A DNA stretch of 64,000 nt from a virus: IMG/VR virus record IMGVR_UViG_3300005466_000025, positions 38,757 through 102,756 of that record; one strand, 5' to 3'. The stretch's first letter is position 1. The number at the start of each line of letters is the position of its first letter. Positions 56,905 to 62,995 of this stretch are shown piece by piece. Below the pieces are notes generated by a model, which did no database searches, had not been told where the DNA came from, and saw nothing but the letters and a program-made list of their open reading frames with translations. The position numbers and the translations under genes were made by a program.

Positions 56905-57900
56905 GTGAGATTAACCGTAGGAAGTTTGTTTAGTGGATGTGGCGGATTAGATTTGGGAATGGAAAGGGCTGGATTCGACACCATATGGATGTGCGAAAAC
57001 GACAAATGGTGCAGGAAGATTCTGAACAAGAATTGGCCTGGTATTCACTTATACGAAGACGCGAATACGTTCATGCCAGACTCGGTAGACATATTGATTG
57101 GTGGATTCCCGTGTCAGCCAGTGTCATTCGCAGGGAGAAGAAATGGAGTTGATGATCCTAAATGGCTATGGCCCGCTTATGAAAGAACCATTCGCAATCT
57201 TCGACCCAGATACGTTATCGTGGAAAACGTACCCGGACTCTTCAGACACGGATTCGATGAAGTTCTCGGATCGTTGGCCCTACAGGGGTATAATGCTGAA
57301 TGGTTCAGTCTACAATCTTCAGACATTGGAGCGCCCCACAGACGAAAAAGAGTTTTTATTCTTGCTACCAACTCCGGTAGCCTGGGACTCAGGAAGGACA
57401 ACAAAGGCCCATCTGGCAAACAAGGCAAAGCTAGGGGAAGGGAGAAAAATGATTACTTCCCTCAACGTCTTAGTGAGGAATCAATTTCAGCAGCCGCTCT
57501 TGCCGACACCGTTAGTGGACGATTCAAAAAACGGCAAAAGGGGTGGGAGTTACAACTCATTGAGTCGGAGCGTGATTCTGTTGCCAACTCCGACAGCAAA
57601 TATGAGTACAGGGCCGGGAGGATTCAAGGTACGCGGGGGCAAGAATTTGCAGACAGCGATTTCGGAAATTACGCAGAGGCTATTAGACGATGGTCTGAAC
57701 TCAATGGACTCCCTCCCGCCCCAAGAGACGAGCAAGGAAGAATGAGTCCCTACTTCGTTGAATGGATGATGGGATTCCCTGAGGGATGGACAGAAGGTGT
57801 ATCGAAAACACAGCGGCTAAAAATGCTAGGTAATAGTGTTCAGGTTCAATGCGCCCAGGTTGCAGGGAACCTCATAAGAGAGAAGGTTAAGAATGAGTAA
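56905..57900 (+). CDS. DNA cytosine-5 methyltransferase
   Basis: motif I SLFSGCGG, IV GGFPCQ, VI ENV, VIII RKRVF, X LGNSV. Confidence 0.92.
   Translation: MRLTVGSLFSGCGGLDLGMERAGFDTIWMCENDKWCRKILNKNWPGIHLYEDANTFMPDSVDILIGGFPCQPVSFAGRRNGVDDPKWLWPAYERTIRNLRPRYVIVENVPGLFRHGFDEVLGSLALQGYNAEWFSLQSSDIGAPHRRKRVFILATNSGSLGLRKDNKGPSGKQGKARGREKNDYFPQRLSEESISAAALADTVSGRFKKRQKGWELQLIESERDSVANSDSKYEYRAGRIQGTRGQEFADSDFGNYAEAIRRWSELNGLPPAPRDEQGRMSPYFVEWMMGFPEGWTEGVSKTQRLKMLGNSVQVQCAQVAGNLIREKVKNE
57143..57745 (+). CDS. alternative-frame ORF nested in the methyltransferase (LLPTP repeats)
   Basis: 200 codons open in the +1 frame, GGGAG RBS, SWKT..WP..G.M.NG and three LLPTP units. Confidence 0.65.
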   Translation: MELMILNGYGPLMKEPFAIFDPDTLSWKTYPDSSDTDSMKFSDRWPYRGIMLNGSVYNLQTLERPTDEKEFLFLLPTPVAWDSGRTTKAHLANKAKLGEGRKMITSLNVLVRNQFQQPLLPTPLVDDSKNGKRGGSYNSLSRSVILLPTPTANMSTGPGGFKVRGGKNLQTAISEITQRLLDDGLNSMDSLPPQETSKEE

Positions 57901-58126
57901 ACAATTTCTAACAATCGGGGAGGTTTCAAAACAAGTTGGTAGAGTATCCCACACCATAAGACAGTGGGAGAGGGACGGCCGTCTGCCTCCAAGACTTCTT
58001 CCCTCAAGGGATGAGAATGGATGGAGGGTTTGGACGGTAGATCAGGTTGAGGAACTAAAGGTTTGGATAGAGAAGGAGGACCTTCGCCCAGGCAAGGCAC
58101 TTCCATACAATAATAAGGAGAAATAA
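57893..58126 (+). CDS. MerR-family HTH protein
   Basis: LTIGEVSKQVG..TIRQWERDG...RDENGWR. Confidence 0.85.
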   Translation: MSKQFLTIGEVSKQVGRVSHTIRQWERDGRLPPRLLPSRDENGWRVWTVDQVEELKVWIEKEDLRPGKALPYNNKEK

Positions 58127-58354
58127 ATGAGTAGCAGCACAACAACTGCTAGTTCAGGAGTGAGTCTAGGGTTTCTTGAATTCCTGACGCTCATCTTCAT
58201 TACCCTAAAACTAACTGGTTATATTGACTGGTCATGGTGGTGGGTTCTGTCTCCACTGTGGGCACAGCTAGTTGTCTTTGTAATCGCCCTTATAACAGTT
58301 CTGTTGTATGCGGCTGGAAGTATCAAGAGAGGAAAAGCAGATGGCATCAGATGA
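58127..58354 (+). CDS. small membrane protein
   Basis: FITLKLTGYIDWSWWWVLSPLW, a common phage membrane motif. Confidence 0.75.
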   Translation: MSSSTTTASSGVSLGFLEFLTLIFITLKLTGYIDWSWWWVLSPLWAQLVVFVIALITVLLYAAGSIKRGKADGIR

Positions 58355-58556
58355 GGCACTAGATACATTCACATTCACAGTTGAGGAGAAAATTGGACTT
58401 AAGGATTATTCAAACATCCTAGTTCGGGCCTCCCTGTCCAGACAGATTCCCGACGATGAGGATGCACGCAAGGATGTTATCAATATCGTGGAGAATATTC
58501 TGGTAATGGAGCGTCGTATTGTCCTAGAGGACCTAGGGGTAGAAGTAAAGTCTTAG
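58341..58556 (+). CDS. hypothetical protein
   Basis: GAGGA RBS. Confidence 0.55.
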   Translation: MASDEALDTFTFTVEEKIGLKDYSNILVRASLSRQIPDDEDARKDVINIVENILVMERRIVLEDLGVEVKS

Positions 58557-58599
58557 TAAAGTCGCCCCACAGGGGCAGAATCTTTGCTATAGTTCTTGG

Positions 58600-58672
58600 T
58601 GCGCGTTGGAGAAGCGGTTACCTCGCAAGCTTCATAAGCTTGAGAACCCTGGTTCGAATCCAGGACGCGCTA
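58600..58672 (+). tRNA. tRNA-Met(CAU), initiator-like
   Basis: 1:72 mismatch, A11:U24, but lacks the three G-C anticodon pairs. Confidence 0.8.
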
Positions 58673-58673
58673 C

Positions 58674-58703
58674 TTGACAAGGGACGGTGAAGTATGCTAC
58701 ACT
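58674..58703 (+). promoter_or_regulatory. sigma70/SigA-type promoter for the main tRNA array
   Basis: TTGACA-N18-TACACT with extended TG. Confidence 0.7.
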
Positions 58704-58754
58704 TTGTCGAAATGGGGATACGTCCCCGAGAAACTTGACAACTTAGTAGGTCAT

Positions 58755-58828
58755 CTGGATGTAGGAAAGCTTGGCAATCCGTCTGCTTTGGGAGCAGAAG
58801 ACCGCTGGTTCGAATCCAGCCATCCGGA
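58755..58828 (+). tRNA. tRNA-Pro(UGG)
   Basis: cloverleaf, G37. Confidence 0.9.
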
Positions 58829-58945
58829 CTGTTGCGACTAATCTAGATACGTCGCAATCGTGAGTGGTGACCCGTTAATTCACCACCGTTACCCAATAGG
58901 CGTTGTATTGGGGGTGCCCCCGCCTACCAAAATGTGGGGTATTAT

Positions 58946-59020
58946 CTGGGTGTAGCTCAGCTTGGTCAGAGTAATCGCCTTGGACGCGAGAAGTCGCAGG
59001 TTCGAATCCTGCTGCCCAGA
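58946..59020 (+). tRNA. tRNA-Pro(UGG), A37 variant
   Basis: cloverleaf, loop CTTGGAC. Confidence 0.85.
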
Positions 59021-59025
59021 CTGGA

Positions 59026-59071
59026 AGCAACTGTGTGGATACGTAAAAGTGTTGCTGAAAGTAAGTCCACA
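59026..59071 (+). ncRNA. nested-pseudoknot spacer RNA, copy 1
   Basis: P1 AGCAAC/GTTGCT, P2 TGTGGAT/GTCCACA, P3 AC/GT. Confidence 0.5.
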
Positions 59072-59075
59072 ACCC

Positions 59076-59151
59076 GATGGTATAGTGAAGTCAGGCCTAT
59101 CACGTCTCCCTGTCAAGGAGAAGAACACGGGTTCGAATCCCGTTATCATCG
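59076..59151 (+). tRNA. tRNA-Asp(GUC)
   Basis: cloverleaf. Confidence 0.9.
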
Positions 59152-59220
59152 CTAAAGAGAGTCCCTTCGATCCCTGGACGGACGCGCGCCTAGAGGTAAG
59201 ACGCAATACTCTCTTAACTA

Positions 59221-59292
59221 GCAGCAATAATTCAGTGGTAGAATGTCTGCTTGCCAAGCAGAATGTCGTGAGTTCGAATCTCACTTGTTGCT
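59221..59292 (+). tRNA. tRNA-Gly(GCC)
   Basis: cloverleaf. Confidence 0.9.
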
Positions 59293-59375
59293 CTTATCTG
59301 CCTAAGTCAGTCCTCGGCGTATGGCGAGAGGAATATGGGAGCCTGGAACCCATAGGTAAAAAATGCACGGCAAAT

Positions 59376-59447
59376 GAGTCGGAAGTATCTGGTGATATCC
59401 CTGGGCTGTGACTCCGGGCGGGTAGGGTTCGATCCCCTAACGACTCT
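59376..59447 (+). tRNA. tRNA-His(GUG), atypical
   Basis: GTG anticodon and T-arm present; no clear G-1:C73. Confidence 0.6.
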
Positions 59448-59517
59448 TAGTGGTTCATGCCTTGCCTGCAAGGGCGGAAAGAACGGATACTACAAGGCCC
59501 GTCACCACTAATTTTAA

Positions 59518-59590
59518 GCTTCCTTATTGTTAATGGTTAGCAAACGTGCCTTCCAAGCATGGAGTGTCAGTTCAAATCTGACAGGAAGCT
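59518..59590 (+). tRNA. tRNA-Gly(UCC)
   Basis: cloverleaf. Confidence 0.85.
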
Positions 59591-59595
59591 CTCAA

Positions 59596-59668
59596 GTCTC
59601 TATAGCTCAGTGGAAAAGAGCAACGGGTTTCTACCCCGTGAGCCTAGGTTCGAATCCTAGTAGGGACT
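59596..59668 (+). tRNA. tRNA-Arg(UCU)
   Basis: cloverleaf. Confidence 0.9.
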
Positions 59669-59791
59669 CTGTGAATAAGATTCGGCGCAGGGCGTACCTT
59701 GGCGCGGCAACAGAACAAGTGCGGGACTTACCGGGAAGTACAAGCAACTAGGCGAGACGGCGCTGAACGGGAGAAAGTCCCTCCCAAATAT

Positions 59792-59866
59792 GGAACATTA
59801 GCTAAAATGGACAAAGGCACCTGGCTCTTAACCAGGAGATTCTAGGTTCGATCCCTAGATGTTCCA
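59792..59866 (+). tRNA. tRNA-Lys(CUU)
   Basis: cloverleaf. Confidence 0.9.
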
Positions 59867-59868
59867 CT

Positions 59869-59966
59869 TTATTAACTCCCTGGATGGGTATCTGGCTCGA
59901 AACCAGTGTAATAAGAAATGGTGTTCTCCGCGGAACGTAGAGAGTTCGATTCTCTCCGGTTGATAA
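59869..59966 (+). ncRNA. tRNA-like RNA, CGA (Ser) loop, abnormal D and variable regions
   Basis: terminal stem, CTGG-CTCGAAA-CCAG, canonical T-arm GAGAG-TTCGATT-CTCTC. Confidence 0.55.
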
Positions 59967-59971
59967 AACTT

Positions 59972-60045
59972 GCCCCTCTAGCCCAATTGGCAGAGGCACG
60001 GCACTCAAAACGCCGACAGTCTGAGTTCGAATCTCAGGTGGGGTA
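59972..60045 (+). tRNA. tRNA-Leu(CAA), short variable arm
   Basis: cloverleaf, 74 nt. Confidence 0.9.
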
Positions 60046-60047
60046 CT

Positions 60048-60299
60048 ATGAAACACCTAATGAAATTTGAAGCTGATTGGTGTGGCCCATGTCATGCCAT
60101 TAGACCGCTAGTTGAAAAGATTGCGGATGAGAATGAACTAGATATAGTGGTGGTTGATATTGATAAGGACAGTGACGTTGCCACCCTGTATGGAGTCGCC
60201 TCAATTCCAACAATCATTTTGATTGAGGATGGTTCAGAAGTAGCAAGGCATATTGGTTCCGCGCCAAAATCCACAATAGAAAAGAACTTGAATTTATAG
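60048..60299 (+). CDS. trxA: thioredoxin
   Basis: WCGPC, SIPT. Confidence 0.92.
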   Translation: MKHLMKFEADWCGPCHAIRPLVEKIADENELDIVVVDIDKDSDVATLYGVASIPTIILIEDGSEVARHIGSAPKSTIEKNLNL

Positions 60300-60374
60300 A
60301 CTAGTACGCCCTCTGGCTGATAACCAGTTGAAAGGCTATGCGGATACAAAATGGTTCGAATCCATTCTAGTCTA
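60298..60374 (+). ncRNA. D-armless tRNA-Ile(GAU)-like RNA
   Basis: AGACTAG/CTAGTCT acceptor, CTGG-CTGATAA-CCAG, T-arm; only 8 nt where the D-arm should be. Confidence 0.65.
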
Positions 60375-60450
60375 CTGGGTAAGGAATTTGTTAAAAAGGG
60401 TCGATTCCCACCCCAAACTTGAAATCTTGTGCTATAATCCTTAGCACACA

Positions 60451-60587
60451 AGGGGAGATATGGGTTAAACTGTATCTTCCCACCATGCCTCTCACAGTCT
60501 TACGGCTGTCAGAGGCTCCTGGCCCCCAGTACCCTAACGGGGAAAAGGGCAGCCTGGAAGGAGAGGGGTAAAAGCCTCTCCTTCCCC
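60451..60587 (+). ncRNA. unknown multi-hairpin RNA downstream of a TGCTATAAT promoter
   Basis: GGGAGATAT/GTATCTTCC, GCCTCT..ACAGTC/GGCTGT..AGAGGC, GGAAGGAGAGG/CCTCTCCTTCC. Confidence 0.45.
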
Positions 60588-60594
60588 CAAACTT

Positions 60595-60667
60595 AGGCAA
60601 TTAGCTCAGCCGGGAGAGCGCCGTTCTTACAAATCGGAGGCCGGGGGATCGAAGCCCTCATTGCCTA
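60595..60667 (+). tRNA. tRNA-Val(UAC)
   Basis: cloverleaf, T-loop ATCGAAG. Confidence 0.85.
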
Positions 60668-60671
60668 TCAA

Positions 60672-60743
60672 GTCAAAGTGACCGAGCGGATAGGTATGAG
60701 TCTGCAAAACTCATTCACGCTGGTTCGAATCCAGTCTTTGACT
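60672..60743 (+). tRNA. tRNA-Cys(GCA)
   Basis: cloverleaf, U73. Confidence 0.9.
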
Positions 60744-60776
60744 CTTCCTTTTCCTAGGATAAAAAGGAGGTACCAT

Positions 60777-60869
60777 ATGACAGCAATTAAACCAGGAAAG
60801 CTTTCGACACTTACTGTCGCCTGGACTCCGACCTGGACCGCTAATTGGTCGCCAGTCTGGTCAATGTAA
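60777..60869 (+). CDS. 30-aa Trp-periodic peptide
   Basis: AAAGGAGGT RBS; MTAIKPGKLSTLTVAWTPTWTANWSPVWSM. Confidence 0.6.
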   Translation: MTAIKPGKLSTLTVAWTPTWTANWSPVWSM

Positions 60870-60960
60870 GTCAAGAGATGGGTTAGGTATTTTCTAGATA
60901 AATCCAGCATTCAAGGCCGCGCCTTTGCCTAACGAGGGAAGTAAAATGCGGTCAATAAAT

Positions 60961-61032
60961 GGGGCTGTAAGCTAATCAGGAAACTACCTGCTTTGCACGC
61001 AGGAATACGGGGAGCATAACCCCGCCGCTCCA
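60961..61032 (+). tRNA. tRNA-Ala(UGC)
   Basis: G3:U70, TGC anticodon, atypical T-loop AGCATAA. Confidence 0.8.
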
Positions 61033-61033
61033 C

Positions 61034-61086
61034 TCCCTTCAAGTAGAGATACCAAGTGATCATGGTGAGGGAAACTAAAGTCTCTA
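61034..61086 (+). ncRNA. nested-pseudoknot spacer RNA, copy 2
   Basis: P1 TCCCTT/GAGGGA, P2 TAGAGAT/GTCTCTA, P3 ACCA/TGGT. Confidence 0.55.
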
Positions 61087-61091
61087 TACAT

Positions 61092-61163
61092 TCCAGCTTG
61101 GCGCAAAGGTAGCGCAATCGGCTGTTAACCGAGAGGTTCTAGGTTCGAATCCTAGAGTTGGAG
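61092..61163 (+). tRNA. tRNA-Asn(GUU)
   Basis: cloverleaf. Confidence 0.9.
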
Positions 61164-61235
61164 CTAGCGGAGGGGCATATGGACAGACTCCGTATGTTAA
61201 ATGAGGGGCGTATCGCCCCCGCCCCAATGCCACAT

Positions 61236-61307
61236 TCCTCAGTAGCTTAGTAGTAGAGCAGCAGTCTCATAAGCTGTAAGGCAATGGTGCAACTCCATTC
61301 TGAGGGA
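61236..61307 (+). tRNA. tRNA-Met/Ile2(CAU)
   Basis: GCAGT-CTCATAA-GCTGT. Confidence 0.8.
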
Positions 61308-61341
61308 CTATATTGAACCACAGCTTGTGTTATAATATAGC

Positions 61342-61650
61342 ATGAGCAAGCAGGCAGAATATTCGTCTAAATGGTACAATAATAATAAGCAGTTGCAGAA
61401 GCAAAGAGTTGACAGTAGAAGAAGGGAAATGACCCAATTTCTGTTCTCTCTAAAGAAAAATAAGAAGTGTGCGTTCTGTTCAGAGAGTGAGCCAGCTTGT
61501 CTAGACTGGCATCACACTAGAGATAAGATCGTAGATGTAAGTCAGATTCCAAAGATGGGTTGGGGTAAGGAGAAAGCATTAGAAGAAATTTCAAAGTGCA
61601 TTCTTGTTTGCGCCAACTGTCACAGGAAACTACACGCCGGATTAGTTTAA
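61342..61650 (+). CDS. HNH endonuclease, leaderless
   Basis: CAFC..CLDWHH..KCILVCANCHRKLH; last codons overlap tRNA-Thr. Confidence 0.85.
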   Translation: MSKQAEYSSKWYNNNKQLQKQRVDSRRREMTQFLFSLKKNKKCAFCSESEPACLDWHHTRDKIVDVSQIPKMGWGKEKALEEISKCILVCANCHRKLHAGLV

Positions 61651-61707
61651 CTGGTAAAACACGACTCTTGTAAAGTTGTGAACAGGGTTCAAGTCCTTGA
61701 TTCGGCT
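61636..61707 (+). tRNA. tRNA-Thr(UGU)
   Basis: GCCGGAT/ATTCGGC, CGACT-CTTGTAA-AGTTG. Confidence 0.85.
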
Positions 61708-61708
61708 T

Positions 61709-61732
61709 AGGGTTCGATTCCTAGACGTGGCT
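61709..61732 (+). pseudogene. orphan tRNA 3' fragment (T-arm + acceptor strand)
   Basis: GGTTCGATTCCTAG-ACGTGGC-T. Confidence 0.55.
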
Positions 61733-61827
61733 CTTATGCTATAATGTTCCCTTAGGCTCCTAGCTCCTAAAATTGGACGTGAGCCTACGCGCAGGTAAAG
61801 GCATGGCGTAACAGATGCCTTGTGTTT

Positions 61828-61901
61828 GCACCTTGGCAGGCCGGTTGTTTGGAGGTATCTTATAAGTATCTTTAAGCTTGGTTCGACTCCAAGAGGGTGT
61901 A
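61828..61901 (+). tRNA. tRNA-Ile(UAU)
   Basis: GCACCTT/AGGGTGT, GGTAT-CTTATAA-GTATC, canonical T-arm. Confidence 0.75.
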
Positions 61902-61904
61902 TAA

Positions 61905-62072
61905 ATGGAATATACAAAAACACAGTGGGAGTCATTCCCGACAACAAAGGATGCGGAAGTTATTTCATGCCAGTATTGTGAGAACGAAACTGTTGTGAAA
62001 GCTAACAAATTCGTAACACGGTACACATGTCCTACGTGCTATAGTGTACCTAAGTTAAGCAAGCGCAAGTAA
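61905..62072 (+). CDS. 55-aa zinc-ribbon protein
   Basis: CQYC...CPTC. Confidence 0.55.
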   Translation: MEYTKTQWESFPTTKDAEVISCQYCENETVVKANKFVTRYTCPTCYSVPKLSKRK

Positions 62073-62075
62073 CAT

Positions 62076-62146
62076 GGCCCTATCGTCTAATGGTAGGACG
62101 GGTGCCTTTCAAGCATCTAACCGGGGATCGTAACCCCGTAGGGCTA
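62076..62146 (+). tRNA. tRNA-Glu(UUC)
   Basis: cloverleaf, T-loop ATCGTAA. Confidence 0.85.
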
Positions 62147-62150
62147 CTAA

Positions 62151-62222
62151 CGCTCATTAGCTCAACGGAAAGAGCATTGGTCTTCGAAACCAAGAGTGAA
62201 GGTTCGATTCCTTCATGGGCGT
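62151..62222 (+). tRNA. tRNA-Arg(UCG)
   Basis: TTGGT-CTTCGAA-ACCAA. Confidence 0.85.
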
Positions 62223-62377
62223 CTGGCAGGAAGTCACATTTAAGTTGAAGTGACTGATAGTAGATGAAGATGGAAGATGGAGGTAGAAGTAGTACAGTCG
62301 TAGTTCTGCATCATCGACTTCCTGCCAATTTGTTTGGTGGACCGGGACTCCTGGGTAAGAGTAAAAACTGCCCAATA

Positions 62378-62449
62378 TCCTCCGTAGCGTACTGGCAGCG
62401 CACACGCCTTTTAAGCGACGAGGACAGGGTTCGATTCCCTGCGGGGGGA
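62378..62449 (+). tRNA. tRNA-Lys(UUU)
   Basis: cloverleaf with a weak anticodon stem. Confidence 0.8.
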
Positions 62450-62450
62450 C

Positions 62451-62503
62451 TGGCGAAGGTGTCGTTCGAATCGACTATGGTGTAACCTGGAAGCACATCG
62501 CCA
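62451..62503 (+). ncRNA. circularly permuted tRNA-elbow mimic (T-arm before D-arm, Y-RNA/YrlA-like)
   Basis: TGGCGA/TCGCCA closing stem; GTCG-TTCGAAT-CGAC; GTGT-AACCTGGAA-GCAC. Confidence 0.6.
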
Positions 62504-62578
62504 TGAATCCATGCGACGGCATGGGGGTACCAGGGTATCTGGTTGTTCGTCGGGGTCAACCTTAATCAATCCGACCAT

Positions 62579-62650
62579 TTCTCAGTCGTCTAATTGGCAG
62601 GACAGCGGACTTTGAATCCGCGAATCTGGGTTCGAATCCTAGCAGAGAAA
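62579..62650 (+). tRNA. tRNA-Gln(UUG)
   Basis: cloverleaf. Confidence 0.9.
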
Positions 62651-62717
62651 CTACACCCCTCCGAATGGGTCATAGACTAGTCCGGCTACCCCTGAAATAG
62701 AGCCGGGAGGGGATCAA

Positions 62718-62790
62718 TGCTTCTTAGCTCAGAGGATAGAGCGCGTCCCTGCGAAGGACGAGGCCATAGGTTCGATTCCTATAGGGGCAA
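62718..62790 (+). tRNA. tRNA-Arg(GCG)
   Basis: CGTCC-CTGCGAA-GGACG. Confidence 0.85.
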
Positions 62791-62791
62791 T

Positions 62792-62995
62792 ATGATAATT
62801 AAATTAGGACCAATAGTGATTATGGATTCCAAGACAAGGGAGGCCTATAGGGAACTCCTAACAGAGGCATATTTGGTTCATCAAAATATTTGGTTTTCAC
62901 AGGATTGGGCGCAATCTGAGCAGGAAATTAAGAATGCAGATTCCCATCTTTCTGAAGCAATTTCACATGTACCAGCAAGTGAATTAGAAATTTAG
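62792..62995 (+). CDS. hypothetical protein
   Basis: ATG 2 nt after the tRNA, 67 aa. Confidence 0.5.
   Translation: MIIKLGPIVIMDSKTREAYRELLTEAYLVHQNIWFSQDWAQSEQEIKNADSHLSEAISHVPASELEI

Noticed and set aside
59154-59510. Three-way-junction spacers as hammerhead ribozymes
   Set aside because: No CUGAnGA...GAAA core; left as unknown structured RNAs.
60398-60415. GGGTCGATTCCC T-arm-like fragment
   Set aside because: No acceptor, D or anticodon arm around it; too short to call.
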